Source: an uncultured Deferribacteres bacterium
Lineage (GTDB): Bacteria; Zhuqueibacterota; Zhuqueibacteria; Zhuqueibacterales; Geothermadaptataceae
Reading direction: 5' to 3'
DNA: 59,060 bases
Assembly: GCA_964014485.1 (NCBI GenBank)
Contig: CAXHAT010000017.1
Span: 1 to 59,060 of the forward strand
Position numbers and translations under genes: made by a program. The first letter of the stretch is position 1. Every line of letters begins with the position of its first letter. Under the pieces are notes generated by a model, which saw nothing but the letters and a program-made list of their open reading frames with translations, was not told where the DNA came from and did no database searches. Shown in pieces: positions 19,753 to 30,637 of this stretch.

Positions 19753-20205
19753 CTACGCTTCTGCGCCAACCTCGTTTTGGCTTTGCGCAATGGCGTCGCT
19801 CTTGTCGATGAAATCTTCCACGGTCATGGAAACGGGGCGATTGAACAGCGGGTAGAGCGTGGTCATCAGGCTGCCTTCTTCGTCGAGCTGGGTGACGATG
19901 GTCATTTGCGCATACTCAACCATAACAATCGCCGCGTCTTCGCCCTTGCCGATTTTTGTTTTCTTCTGCTTCACATTGAACGGCTTCACCGTGCCCGCCG
20001 CCAGACTGAGCGATTCCCCGGTTTCGTGGTGTGTAAAGGTGAGTTTAACCAAGCCTCTCACCATGCTAGTGAACAAATGCCCGACTTGCAGGCTGTTGTC
20101 CAGCTCCGCTTCAATTTGAATGTGCAGCAGCGGCATAACGTCGCCTTCTTTGTTCTTGTCCTCAGCCGGCCAGTATTTTTTGATGATTGAATTTTCAAAC
20201 GTCAT
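19753..20205 (-). CDS. Hypothetical cytoplasmic protein
   Basis: 150-aa ORF with GGAG RBS and normal codon usage; no motif recognised. Confidence 0.75.
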   Translation of the reverse strand: MTFENSIIKKYWPAEDKNKEGDVMPLLHIQIEAELDNSLQVGHLFTSMVRGLVKLTFTHHETGESLSLAAGTVKPFNVKQKKTKIGKGEDAAIVMVEYAQMTIVTQLDEEGSLMTTLYPLFNRPVSMTVEDFIDKSDAIAQSQNEVGAEA

Positions 20206-20468
20206 TTTGACTCCATTGCATTATGATGGCGAATTTCGAAAATTACGGCGCGAATTATAACAATTTCTTCGCGACGGCGCAAGTTCTGAATCGATGCAGA
20301 CCATGAATTTTGTTCGTCAACGAACATCTTTGTGCTGCAAGCGGATAGGCTATGGTCAGAGAAGCTTGCGGAGAAAGTGAATTTGAATATCAATCTTGTT
20401 CTGGCACAAATGTTGGGTCAATTTCTCTGAGTTTAAACCCAAATAAGTGGCGAGACCGCCGTAAATCA

Positions 20469-20540
20469 CGTCATTCCCACGCAGGCGGGAATCTACTGGC
20501 TTCACACGTTTGACTGGATTCCCGCCTGCGCGAGAATGAC
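20469..20540. repeat. CGTC-type REP doublet
   Basis: CGTCATTCCCACGCAGGCGGGAATC ... GATTCCCGCCTGCGCGAGAATGAC. Confidence 0.85.
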
Positions 20541-20605
20541 AAAACGAGCGCTTTTTTGTGTTATGGGGCGTCCCGGTACGTTTTGTTAAATTTGAGGAGA
20601 GGAAA

Positions 20606-22978
20606 ATGCTCACGAGTTATTTCAAGATTTTCATTCGCAACTTGGCCCGCCAGAAGGGCTTTGGTTTTATCAATATTTCGGGACTGGCCGCCGGGCTGGT
20701 GTGTGCGATCCTGATTATGATGTGGGTGCGCAACGAGTTGCGGTACGACGCTTTTCACCAGAATGAAAACATCTACCGCATCACTTCGGAATGGAAAGAA
20801 AACGACCAAGTGACCGCACGAACCCCCGGCAAACTTGGCCCGGCGGCGTTGGCGGAAATTCCGGAAATTGTTCGTATGGCGCGCATCATGCAAAACTCCA
20901 AAAGCGCGTACCACTACGGCGACAAGATGTTTTATGAAGAAAAAAGCGTGCTCGTCGATCCCGAGTTCTTCGAGATATTTTCATTTCCCGTCATTCAGGG
21001 CGACGCTGAAAATCCTCTTCCTGACACCGAAGCGATAATCCTGAACGAGGCGGTTAAGCAAAAGTATTTTGGCGATGAAAACGCGCTCGGTAAAACGCTC
21101 AATTGGAATAACTGGCGAGACTTCCGCGTCTCCGCCGTAGTCGAGAATCCACCGCCGACCTCCACGCTGAAATTTGACTTTTACATCACGCACGAAGGCA
21201 CGAAAAGGAGCTGGCCCGGCGGCTACACCTGGGGCAATGCCATTCACGAAACATATGTTCAAATTCAGCCCGGCGCAGACATTGGCGCGGTCGAAGAAAA
21301 AATGAACGCGTTGGTCATGAAGCACGCACCGCAAATGGAGCCGTATCTCAAGCGCTTCGGCTTGCAGCCGTTGTCGGACGTTCATTTAAATGCAGAGATT
21401 GTCAGCGGAATCGGTGACACGGGCGACCGGCGCTACATTTACGTTTTTTCGATTATCGCGGCCTTTATTCTTCTCATCGCTTGCTTCAATTTCATGAATC
21501 TTTCCACGGCAAAAGCGATGCAGCGCGCCAAAGAAGTCGGTTTGCGCAAGACAGTTGGCGCCAAACGCACTCAACTCATTTTTCAGTTTTTCGGCGAGTC
21601 TCTCCTGCTCTCTTTCATCGCCTTCTTGTTTGCGATGATCATTGTTGAAATGACCCTGCCGTATTTCAACGTCTTGGTCGACAAAGAACTACAAGTCGTC
21701 TGGTTTGACGGCGGGTTGGTCACAGGCTTTTTGGCGCTGACGCTGCTAACCGGCTTCATCGCCGGCTCGTACCCCGCGCTTTATCTTTCGGGCTTTAACC
21801 CAATAAAAACAACACAGGGCGGTCTTTCACTCACTGGCGGCCGTCGGTTTAGAAACATACTCGTGACGGTGCAATTCTCGCTTTCAATTCTGCTGATTAT
21901 TGGTGCGCTTGCGGTGCAGTCGCAACTTGATTTTATGCGCACCAAGAATTTGGGTTTTGAAAAGGAGAACGTGGTTTATTTTCCAGCCAAGGGACAAATC
22001 GGGTCACAATTCAACGCCGTCAAAAGCGCTTTGTTGAGCCGTTCCGGCGTATCCGGCGTCACTTTGAAAGGCTCCCTGCCTATGAACGCCATCAACAACA
22101 GTAATTTAATCTGGCCCGGCAAAGACCCCAATGTTGAGTACGTGATGGAGAACGCCGCCGTCGATTATGATTTTATGGAGTTTTTCAGTCTGAATCTTCT
22201 CGAAGGACGCGGTTTTTCTCAGAAATACCCGTCGGATGCACACGACGCGTTCGTCATCAACGAAACGGCCGCGAATGTCATCGGCAGAGAGAAAGCTTTG
22301 GGACAGCGAATCAGCATTCAAGGCAAAGACGGCGTTGTTATTGGCGTGGTTCAAGACGCACATTTTCAATCGCTGCATCACAAAATCGGCGGACAGGTTT
22401 TCTATATTTTGCGCGACTATACGACGGCAATCATCGATCTTTACGGTGTTGTCATGGTGAAGATTGGCGGGCAAAACGTCCCCCATACCTTGGCGGAAAT
22501 CGAGGGCGTCTGGCGCGATTTTAACCCTAACGCACCTTTTCAATATCATTTTCTCGACGAAACGATTGACCGCCAGTACGTTTTCGAAAAGAAAATCAGC
22601 ACTATTGCCGGGAATTTTACCCTCTTGGCCATTTTCATTTCTTGCCTCGGGCTTTTGGGCTTGAGCGCATATTCCGCCGAACGGCGCACTAAGGAAATCG
22701 GCGTTCGAAAAGTATTGGGCGCGAGGGCGATAAGCATTGCGTCTTCGTTCGTACGCGAGTTCGGCCTGCTGATCATTATCGCCAATGTTTTCGCTTGGCC
22801 AGTGGCTTGGCTTGCTTTGCAAAATTGGCTTGCGGGCTTTGCATATCGAGCCGAATTGAGCTTTTGGAACTTTGCGTTAGCTGGCGCATCGGCTCTGGTC
22901 ATCGCCATTCTGACCATCAGTTACCAGGCAATTAAAGTTTCGTTGGCAAATCCGGTCAATGCCTTAAAATGCGAATAA
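20606..22978 (+). CDS. ABC transporter permease, duplicated MacB-PCD/FtsX type
   Basis: INISGLAAGL, IACFNFMNLSTA..RAKEVGLRKTVGA, ERRTKEIGVRKVLGA, ANPVNALK; GAGGAG RBS. Confidence 0.93.
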   Translation: MLTSYFKIFIRNLARQKGFGFINISGLAAGLVCAILIMMWVRNELRYDAFHQNENIYRITSEWKENDQVTARTPGKLGPAALAEIPEIVRMARIMQNSKSAYHYGDKMFYEEKSVLVDPEFFEIFSFPVIQGDAENPLPDTEAIILNEAVKQKYFGDENALGKTLNWNNWRDFRVSAVVENPPPTSTLKFDFYITHEGTKRSWPGGYTWGNAIHETYVQIQPGADIGAVEEKMNALVMKHAPQMEPYLKRFGLQPLSDVHLNAEIVSGIGDTGDRRYIYVFSIIAAFILLIACFNFMNLSTAKAMQRAKEVGLRKTVGAKRTQLIFQFFGESLLLSFIAFLFAMIIVEMTLPYFNVLVDKELQVVWFDGGLVTGFLALTLLTGFIAGSYPALYLSGFNPIKTTQGGLSLTGGRRFRNILVTVQFSLSILLIIGALAVQSQLDFMRTKNLGFEKENVVYFPAKGQIGSQFNAVKSALLSRSGVSGVTLKGSLPMNAINNSNLIWPGKDPNVEYVMENAAVDYDFMEFFSLNLLEGRGFSQKYPSDAHDAFVINETAANVIGREKALGQRISIQGKDGVVIGVVQDAHFQSLHHKIGGQVFYILRDYTTAIIDLYGVVMVKIGGQNVPHTLAEIEGVWRDFNPNAPFQYHFLDETIDRQYVFEKKISTIAGNFTLLAIFISCLGLLGLSAYSAERRTKEIGVRKVLGARAISIASSFVREFGLLIIIANVFAWPVAWLALQNWLAGFAYRAELSFWNFALAGASALVIAILTISYQAIKVSLANPVNALKCE

Positions 22979-22992
22979 ACACCAATACCTCG

Positions 22993-24297
22993 TCACGATG
23001 TTCGGGATTCATCTAAGCGGATCATAGGCAAGACATGCTTCTTGAGTAAGTAATGCACGATAAATGAAGCAAGGATACAAAACGCAACTTCTGAAACAAA
23101 TCTATAGCGCGCTTTTCCCCAAAAAATCCAAGCGTATCCTACCCAGTTCATAAAAACGAGACCGTACAAACAGAACCATGTTTTGAATAGATATTTTTTA
23201 AAAAATATCCATGAGAGAATCGACAAAAGCAGGATAGGCAAATACAACAAAGTGACCCACTTGAGCGGTTGAATGCCCGAAAGGCTTTTAGCTGGAAACG
23301 GCATATCTGGCTCTATGTTTGGTAATCGCGTGCTCCAATGGACGGAGTAAGTTCCCGGATAAAGATAGAGTTGCGCAGTCCCCAAGGCAAGGTCTTTCAA
23401 AATGTCGAATATGTCGGCGCGAGCGAGATATTCAAAGCCAAGGCGGTATAGAATTTTTTGCTGCTCCGCTTCGTTTTTTTCTTCCAGCAAGCTCCCTTCT
23501 ATTGAATGCCAGCCATAATGGTTTCCATTGTGCGCGTAATAAAAGTTGACTCCTCCCGAAGTCGACAAACCCGAACCGGGACCGATGACATGATAATTAC
23601 GAATATACCACGGCGCAATAACCATCGTAAACGACAACAAAGGGATGAGAACCAGAGTCTTTTTACCAGAGACTTCCTTAAGACTGAGGTAACTTGCGCC
23701 CAAAACGACGGGAAGGTAGAAAAGGTTGTCCGCGCGCGTCAGAACCGCCGCTCCAAACAGAAGACCAGCCAAAATCAAACGCCCTGCGCGTAGTGATGGT
23801 TGCTTTGATTTTTCCAAGATCAGTACAAGAAATACGGAGACTAACAATAGTATACTCAAGTGTTCTGAAGCAAGAACCGGTGAAAAGAAAATGAAGGTTG
23901 GATTAAGTGAACAAATCAATGAGGCGATTCCCGATATGGGTCTTTCTAAAGTGAGTTGAAACGCCAATTGATATACAAAGTAAATGAGCGCAGTGGAGAG
24001 AATTACACTGACGAACCCGAGCCAGGCGGTTGATTCGTTTATCGCAATCAATAATGCGAGGAAAGATGGGTACCCGGGGAGACGATAAGCTGTTGGAGCC
24101 GGAACGCCGAACTGACCGTGCTCTAAAATTCCTTGTGCTAACAAACGATAAGTCTCAAAATCCGAGACGGGAACCGGCTGAGCGTAAGCCCACCAAATTA
24201 TTCGAAGCGTAAAACCCGAGAGAATAATGAAAAGCAAGCTTTGCCTGCTATCCAAATGAATCCAAAGCCGATTTGCAAAATTTTTGAACAACTTCAT
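22993..24297 (-). CDS. GT-C fold glycosyltransferase (ArnT/PMT, family 39-like)
   Basis: SDFETY, YRLPGYPSFL, LASEHL, PWYIRN, ARYRF; many TM helices. Confidence 0.8.
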   Translation of the reverse strand: MKLFKNFANRLWIHLDSRQSLLFIILSGFTLRIIWWAYAQPVPVSDFETYRLLAQGILEHGQFGVPAPTAYRLPGYPSFLALLIAINESTAWLGFVSVILSTALIYFVYQLAFQLTLERPISGIASLICSLNPTFIFFSPVLASEHLSILLLVSVFLVLILEKSKQPSLRAGRLILAGLLFGAAVLTRADNLFYLPVVLGASYLSLKEVSGKKTLVLIPLLSFTMVIAPWYIRNYHVIGPGSGLSTSGGVNFYYAHNGNHYGWHSIEGSLLEEKNEAEQQKILYRLGFEYLARADIFDILKDLALGTAQLYLYPGTYSVHWSTRLPNIEPDMPFPAKSLSGIQPLKWVTLLYLPILLLSILSWIFFKKYLFKTWFCLYGLVFMNWVGYAWIFWGKARYRFVSEVAFCILASFIVHYLLKKHVLPMIRLDESRTS

Positions 24298-24318
24298 CCC
24301 CACCTCTCGAACAGAATG

Positions 24319-27300
24319 TCATTTTAAAAAATCCAAAACCGCTTTTATAACTGAACGCCTTGCCCTTGTACTCAAGATCGTCTCGAAAGGAAAGCCGAAA
24401 GCGACCACACGGTACTTCCCGCGATAAGCAACGCCTGCACTGGTGTTGTTGGCCGAATAACGAAAAATACGCTTGGCGTTTTCATCATTCGGCTCAATCG
24501 CGTCCGGTGCTTCGACGGCGTAGATTTTCGGGCCTAGTTCAGTCTGAAAAGTAAAATTCAGCATCTCGCGCGAAAACGTCGAATCAACCTGGTATACGCC
24601 GCCAGTGTTGGCTGCGTGATTCGTGCGAAACTTGATTTTCAGAACGTTTTCGATGAAAAAACGATCCGGATGTTCGTCTGACTTGCCTTCGCATAAGTCC
24701 GAACCAATATAACTCCCCGAAACGAAAAGGTTGCCGCCGTTTTGCAGGTATTCCGTCAAACGATTTTGCATGACCTGAGGAAAAGTTTGGAATTGTTTCT
24801 CCCGCCCCGGTTTCGGCCAATCCGTTTCTTTTTCTTCGCCTAAAATGAAATCGACAATTCGATAATCTCCTAAACCAACAGCCCCTTCCTCGACGACTTC
24901 ATCGCTGACGCTCACAAACGAATACCCGGCGCTCAAAATCGCGGCGCCGTGAATTTTGGGAAAGTCAAAGGTGTTTCCGGCTATAATCGTGGTTTCCTTG
25001 TCGCTGTGACTGGCGCCGTGTCCGGGGGCGTCATCATCCAGCCACGGTGAATTCTTGTCAAAATCATACTGCCGTCCAACGTAGCTCAAATCGCGAATGT
25101 ACGGCACGCCTTGATCCCAAAAATCGGCGAACCCGGAATATTCTTCCGTCTCAATCGCAGCAGGCGGCGCGATTCGGTCAAACCCGTTAATGACGAGAAC
25201 CGTTCCCTGGCTTGAATCGGCGATTCCAACGGAAAGAATTTCAGAGGGAAAGCTCTCACCGCCGCTGTTGACCGCCGTGACTTTGTAGCTATAAATTTTG
25301 CCGATATCGAGGCTGTCAAAAGTAATTTCGGCATGATTCGTCAGCGCGCCGTTATCAAATCCGCTGCTGTCAACGCGCGTATAAACCACGAATTTCTCGG
25401 CAACGGCGGACGACTCGAGAGAATCAGCTTGGGCGCGCCATTTCAAAGACACTTGATTTTGGCGGGAAAAAGTCGCCTGGAAATGCGTCGGCGGCAGCGG
25501 CTGAACGACCGGCTCAAAATCGTTTTGGAAGGCGAGAAACTTGAGCATTGCTTTGTAAATGCCGCGTCCAACGTCGAATTTGAAGCGCGGGTCATGCGCA
25601 AATTTCATATCGAGAAAATTCTGATGCGACAACAATTCCAACAAAGCGCCGGGCACGTTTGGTCGAAAAGCTTCGCTGTATTCTTTATCCCAAATTGGCC
25701 GCCGCGACCAGATCGGATCGTACTTGGCGCGAATATCTTCGACCAACTGCGTCTGCAAAATATCGGCGAAATCGCGATTGGCGAAGCGCGATCCGCCGTC
25801 CGGGAAATCGCGCAAAGTGTCGGCTCCGGGACTGCTGTAAATCAAAAGCGTGCCGATGGTGGTGTCCGAGCGGGTAACGCCGGCGTCTGTATGGAACGCC
25901 AGAGACAGATCAACCGGAATTCCCAAGCCTTGCGTCTCACGATCTTTGTTCGGGCCGTAGGGCGCGCCGCGCAAATAGTTGACCCATTCGCCGCGCGATT
26001 TGTAATCGTCTTGATAATCATTGACTTCGGAAACCTGGTAAACGAGCGTATCCGGCATGCCGGCGTATTGCAAATAATAGCGCGCCGCTTCCACAAATCG
26101 CGGTCTGCCGCCGGTTTTGCCGTTGCGTGTGACGGAGCCCATCCCGCCGCCAAACCGTACGGCGTCCGCGCTGACGTTTAAGCCCGTTGTACGACTTTCA
26201 TTGCTTAGAACAACGCTGCTGCGTTCCGAATTCTGTCCTTGATCAAACTTAAAAGTTCCAAGATAAATCCACGTACCGCCGCCCATTTTTTGATTGACTC
26301 GAAATTCAGTTTTTCCGCCGGCATGATTAACCGTGTAATGCGCGTCATCGACGTTTTGCGCTGTCGAAGCGTAGCTGACGTAAACCGCATACTCTCCGGA
26401 TTGCGGAATCTCCGGGCTCCAGCGCACCTCGGCGCTTTTGGAAGTCTCAGAAGTAAAATGCCGCGAAGTTCCAGCTTCGAACGGTTTGAAGGAATCATCA
26501 AAAATAGACGAAGGTTGGGCAAAACCGGGAATCGGGGCTGTACTCCACCCCAGCGTGTCGCTCGCCGACCACTCCTGATAGCTGAGAGAATCGGCGCCGT
26601 CGTTATCAACGACCACTTCGTGAATTTGCGGATCGCGCTCTCGCGGCAGAAAAACGGAAGCTCCGGCGTTTTCAAGCATCGGCGCGACGTAAGGTAAAAC
26701 GAAGCTCATGGGTAGCAAATCTTCGATGGTTTGAAATAAGCGCGCTCGCTGCCATTCCCAACGGTCGAGGCTCGCTTCGTAGTACCAACCGTGACTATGC
26801 CACAACGCAATGTGTCGGTTTTGCAAACCGTTGGTTATTTTGTACGGCTTGCTCAGATTTCGAGTAATTTGCGGCTTAGGCGGGATGGTCTTAAGCTTTC
26901 TGGCAGGGTCGATTTCCGCCGGATCGGATCGGTAAATATTAGGAATTAGCGCTTCGATTGGCTGGGAAAGGGTGAAAACTTTTGGTTGAAACCTCCGATA
27001 TTTTTTTCGAAGCCGCATCGATAAGTCAGCGTAAATCGAAGCGATTGATTCTTCGCGGAAAGGGATGTACCCGAAATCGTCGTTCAAGAATATTTCGACG
27101 GTTTGCTTCTCTTCGTTAATAATAACCGTGTCTATTTTCGAAACGCGCGATATTGCGACCGGAGTGCTGTCAGAGATGCAACTTTGAAGAAATTCATGAA
27201 CGGCAAAGTACGCCGCCCTGCTTTCCTTTGGCGCAAAAGGAAACAAAAGCGCTTCGGCCTTGCGTTTTGGGGCGAAAATTGAGCAGCCTGAAGCCAGTAG

Positions 27301-27345
27301 AATCGCCGGAAACAAAATAGCTTTACATCGAAAAAAAAATCTCAT
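24319..27345 (-). CDS. Lipoprotein with amidase_3-like, golvesin/xanthan-lyase-type and FN3 domains
   Basis: LASGC lipobox; HIALWHSHG, SLAFHTDAG, LLELLSH; VSADAVRFGGG; YSYKVTAVNSGGES. Confidence 0.8.
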   Translation of the reverse strand: MRFFFRCKAILFPAILLASGCSIFAPKRKAEALLFPFAPKESRAAYFAVHEFLQSCISDSTPVAISRVSKIDTVIINEEKQTVEIFLNDDFGYIPFREESIASIYADLSMRLRKKYRRFQPKVFTLSQPIEALIPNIYRSDPAEIDPARKLKTIPPKPQITRNLSKPYKITNGLQNRHIALWHSHGWYYEASLDRWEWQRARLFQTIEDLLPMSFVLPYVAPMLENAGASVFLPRERDPQIHEVVVDNDGADSLSYQEWSASDTLGWSTAPIPGFAQPSSIFDDSFKPFEAGTSRHFTSETSKSAEVRWSPEIPQSGEYAVYVSYASTAQNVDDAHYTVNHAGGKTEFRVNQKMGGGTWIYLGTFKFDQGQNSERSSVVLSNESRTTGLNVSADAVRFGGGMGSVTRNGKTGGRPRFVEAARYYLQYAGMPDTLVYQVSEVNDYQDDYKSRGEWVNYLRGAPYGPNKDRETQGLGIPVDLSLAFHTDAGVTRSDTTIGTLLIYSSPGADTLRDFPDGGSRFANRDFADILQTQLVEDIRAKYDPIWSRRPIWDKEYSEAFRPNVPGALLELLSHQNFLDMKFAHDPRFKFDVGRGIYKAMLKFLAFQNDFEPVVQPLPPTHFQATFSRQNQVSLKWRAQADSLESSAVAEKFVVYTRVDSSGFDNGALTNHAEITFDSLDIGKIYSYKVTAVNSGGESFPSEILSVGIADSSQGTVLVINGFDRIAPPAAIETEEYSGFADFWDQGVPYIRDLSYVGRQYDFDKNSPWLDDDAPGHGASHSDKETTIIAGNTFDFPKIHGAAILSAGYSFVSVSDEVVEEGAVGLGDYRIVDFILGEEKETDWPKPGREKQFQTFPQVMQNRLTEYLQNGGNLFVSGSYIGSDLCEGKSDEHPDRFFIENVLKIKFRTNHAANTGGVYQVDSTFSREMLNFTFQTELGPKIYAVEAPDAIEPNDENAKRIFRYSANNTSAGVAYRGKYRVVAFGFPFETILSTRARRSVIKAVLDFLK

Positions 27346-27348
27346 CTC

Positions 27349-28560
27349 TTAGTTCGCTTCTGATAAAATTTGCGGTTCTCGGCGGAATCGTCCGCGCCTC
27401 GTTTTCATCATGTACCTTAAAAGATAGACAAGTGCGATAAATGCGCAAAGCGCGCTCAACCAGAACGCGAACTTGAAGTTTTCCGCCGCGTTCGCGTAGA
27501 CCAATCCGCTGATAAAAGCGCCGCTGCCAATGCCGATTTCCAGCGCGATGTAAATCGTCGCCATCGCCCGGCCAATGTGCTTCCGGTCGCCTAAGTCAAT
27601 CGTCCATGCGAGAATGGTAGAAGCTGTATGCCCGGCGAAAATGCCCATTGAGCAGGCGCACACGATGAGCATAAATCCGGAATCCGCCATCCCGGTGATG
27701 ACGAGCGTGATAATGGCGCCGGCCAGCGAGCAGGCAATCACGGGTTCGCGTCCGTAAATATCGGAGAATCTTCCAAAAAGGAGCCTGGAAACCATCGAGC
27801 TGAGAGTAAAAAATGCAAAATAAGCGCCCTTATTGGCCAAGCCCAGATGTTGACTGAAATCAGGCACGAGGGTGAGCACCATGCCGAAAGGATAGGCGCC
27901 AAACATCATCACAATCGCCGCCGGCAGAACGCGCGGCGTGTAGACGTCCTGACGTTTGATTTTGAGCAATTTGAACGAGAACTTTTGTTTTTGCTGCAAA
28001 GTCTCGTTCATGTTCGCGATGATGACAATGGAAAGAAAAGCGAAAACCGTTGAGGTGTAAAAGACTGCGTCCACGTTCCAGCGCAGCGCAATTTCTCCAC
28101 CCAGGTACGGACCGAGCGCCAGACCGACCATGTTGAAAAAACCGAGGTAGCTCATTGCTTCCCCTCGCCTGTCTTCCGGCGCAACATCGGCTACAAACGC
28201 GGCTGTGCCAGTTGGTTTAAATCCCGTTGAAATACCGTGCAAGAACCGTAAAAACAACAATGCAAAAACGGTATTAACCATTGGGTAAAGCAGCCCGCAG
28301 ACGACGCAAACGCTGACGCCAATGATCATGACCGGAATCCGCCCAATCGAATCGGCGAGCTTGCCGCTGAAGGGGCGAGAAATGCCTGCCGTCAGCGTAA
28401 AAAGTGAAATAATGAGCCCCTTGAAATCTTCCCCGCCCATCGAGCTCAAGTAGTTTGGCAGCTCAGGGATAATCATGTTGAAGCTGGTGAAAAACAACAG
28501 GCCGCTGAGGCAAAGCTTGGCAAACGGCATGTTGGCCAGAGGATGTTCTTTAAATCGCAT
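27349..28560 (-). CDS. MFS transporter
   Basis: GKLADSIGRIP and GRFSDIYGRE motif A; about 12 TM helices; start uncertain. Confidence 0.9.
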   Translation of the reverse strand: MRFKEHPLANMPFAKLCLSGLLFFTSFNMIIPELPNYLSSMGGEDFKGLIISLFTLTAGISRPFSGKLADSIGRIPVMIIGVSVCVVCGLLYPMVNTVFALLFLRFLHGISTGFKPTGTAAFVADVAPEDRRGEAMSYLGFFNMVGLALGPYLGGEIALRWNVDAVFYTSTVFAFLSIVIIANMNETLQQKQKFSFKLLKIKRQDVYTPRVLPAAIVMMFGAYPFGMVLTLVPDFSQHLGLANKGAYFAFFTLSSMVSRLLFGRFSDIYGREPVIACSLAGAIITLVITGMADSGFMLIVCACSMGIFAGHTASTILAWTIDLGDRKHIGRAMATIYIALEIGIGSGAFISGLVYANAAENFKFAFWLSALCAFIALVYLLRYMMKTRRGRFRREPQILSEAN

Positions 28561-28725
28561 TCCGCCCGTCGTTAAAATGAATTTTGAAGGCTGGAATAAA
28601 CGGACTTTTGACGGGACATAAAACGCTTTTCGCGCCGCTTCTGAAAATTTTAAAAATTGCTCTTTACGCAAACGGATTCATTTTTTATATTATACTTGTG
28701 TCCACCATTTTGAGTTGAGGAGAAT

Positions 28726-29142
28726 ATGAAATCGATTCAAAAGATTATGCGGCAAACGGATGTGCAACGCCGATCAAAACGACAGGAAGTCATTCGCGGC
28801 AAGAGGAGTCTGAAAATGTACGTCTATGAAAAAATTGAAGTGAAAAAGCCTATTCGAGTGCTGGCGCACTGTCACGGCAAAGTCGTTGAGCCTTTGCGTA
28901 TTGAAATTGAGGAGCGCGTGCTAAAGGTGACGCAAATCAATTTGTCATGGCGTGAAGAACAAAGCGCTTCGCCGAAAGTGCATTACTTTGTGATTCTTGA
29001 AGATGAGCATTGGGTTGAGCTGGTTTTCGATTTGAACAACTTGAGCTGGAAAATGTACCAATCTCTCAAGAAAGAAACGCAAAAACCAGTGCGTGAATAT
29101 TTGAAAGGTTCACAACGGCGCTTGAAGAAAAAAGCAGCCTGA
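28726..29142 (+). CDS. Small hypothetical protein, possibly DUF6504-like
   Basis: GAGGAG RBS; PIRV...PLRI...W...HYFV...ELVFD...W pattern; alternative start at MYVYE. Confidence 0.6.
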   Translation: MKSIQKIMRQTDVQRRSKRQEVIRGKRSLKMYVYEKIEVKKPIRVLAHCHGKVVEPLRIEIEERVLKVTQINLSWREEQSASPKVHYFVILEDEHWVELVFDLNNLSWKMYQSLKKETQKPVREYLKGSQRRLKKKAA

Positions 29143-29218
29143 ATCCCACTCCAGAACAAACGTTTCATTCAGGATTCCATCACCCTGACAAGCGTTTTTT
29201 AAAAACGGACGATCCGCT

Positions 29219-29382
29219 TCAATGCTGGTTGTGGTCACGAGAGTATTTGCGGCCATCAGCATCTACGATTTTCCATTTCTCGTGGTTGAGATCTGTGGGA
29301 TAGCATTTGGAAATCATACCACAAAGCTTCAAAAAGCTTGGCTCAAAGTATAAGGGAAGCTGACTGCCTTTTAAACTGCTTC
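29219..29382 (-). pseudogene. Probable IS5-family (IS1031/IS427-like) left-end remnant
   Basis: Minus strand TTA-GAAGCAGTTTAAAA end, then a short ORF 29317-29219 MISKCYPTDLNHEKWKIV resembling the YP(S/T)DLxxxxW transposase N-terminus. Confidence 0.5.
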
Positions 29383-29470
29383 TAACGGGAAGAATCTACT
29401 TTGATTATGATGATGGGAAATATTCTTTGAGGAACCAGTGAAACGAGGACTCAAAGAAAACTTGTTACAA

Positions 29471-30637
29471 ATGAAGAAATCCTTCAAAATTCTGCTCGCC
29501 CTTTTGATACTTCTCACACTACTCTTTTTCTTCGTCGCCCCTACCCTGCTCGAACGCGTCGCTAACAAAGTCATTTCCCAAGAAACGCAAAAACTATCTG
29601 CAAAAGCCGCTGAATTGCACGATCAACTCTGGATCGCCGACCTGCATGCCGACGCCTTGCTTTGGAATCGCGATTTGTTGGAACGTAACGATCACGGTCA
29701 TGTTGACGTGCCGCGGCTTATTGAAGGCAATGTGGCGCTGCAAGCGTTTACGGTTGTTTCCAAAATTCCGAACGGGCTCAACTTTGAGAGCAATCCCGCC
29801 GACAATTTTGATTTGATTACGCTACTCGGAATCGCCCAACGCTGGCCTTCCGAAACGTGGCGCAGTTTGCGAGCGCGTGCGCTTTTCCAAGCAAACAAGT
29901 TAAAGAAAGTTGAAAAGAATTCAGGCGGTAAGTTTAAAATCATTCGCACGCAACAAGATTTAATCAAGTACAATTTAATGCGTCGCAGCAATCCCGGCAT
30001 GACCGCTGGTTTTTTGGGTTTAGAAGGATCTCAAGTCCTGGAAGGCGAACTTGGAAACGTGCAAGTTTTGTTTGACGCCGGCTTTCGAATGATGGCGCCG
30101 ACGCATTTTTTTGACACCGAAGTCGGCGGTTCGGCGCACGGCGAGAAAAAAGGCGGGCTGACGGAATTCGGAAAAAAAGTCATCCAGTACATGCAGCGCA
30201 TCGGCATGATCGTCGACGTTGCGCACGCTTCGCCTAAAACCATCGACGATATTCTCGATATGTCGACCAAGCCGATTTTTGTCTCGCACACCGGCGTGCG
30301 CGGCACATGTGACAACGTGCGCAATCTTTCCGACGAACATCTCAAAGGCGTGGCCGCAACCGGCGGCGTCATTGGAATCGCCTTTTTTGAACAAGCGACC
30401 TGCGGTGAAGACGTTGATTCCATCGTCCGCGCCATTCAATACACCGCCAACCTCGTCGGCGTCGAGCACGTCGCCCTCGGCTCCGACTGGGACGGCGCCG
30501 TCGCCACACCTTTCGACGCAGCCCATATTTCACATCTCACGCAAGCCCTCCTCGACGCCGGATTCGCCGGCAGCGAAATCGCATTGATCATGGGCGGGAA
30601 CGTGCAGCGCCTTTTACTCGAAATTCTCCCACACTAA
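29471..30637 (+). CDS. Membrane dipeptidase, peptidase M19
   Basis: DLHAD, GLEG, VDVAHAS, VSHTG, RNLSD, ALGSDWDG. Confidence 0.93.
   Translation: MKKSFKILLALLILLTLLFFFVAPTLLERVANKVISQETQKLSAKAAELHDQLWIADLHADALLWNRDLLERNDHGHVDVPRLIEGNVALQAFTVVSKIPNGLNFESNPADNFDLITLLGIAQRWPSETWRSLRARALFQANKLKKVEKNSGGKFKIIRTQQDLIKYNLMRRSNPGMTAGFLGLEGSQVLEGELGNVQVLFDAGFRMMAPTHFFDTEVGGSAHGEKKGGLTEFGKKVIQYMQRIGMIVDVAHASPKTIDDILDMSTKPIFVSHTGVRGTCDNVRNLSDEHLKGVAATGGVIGIAFFEQATCGEDVDSIVRAIQYTANLVGVEHVALGSDWDGAVATPFDAAHISHLTQALLDAGFAGSEIALIMGGNVQRLLLEILPH

Noticed and set aside
22993..24297. Genomic island suggested by the AT-rich glycosyltransferase gene
   Set aside because: Single gene, no integrase or flanking direct repeats seen
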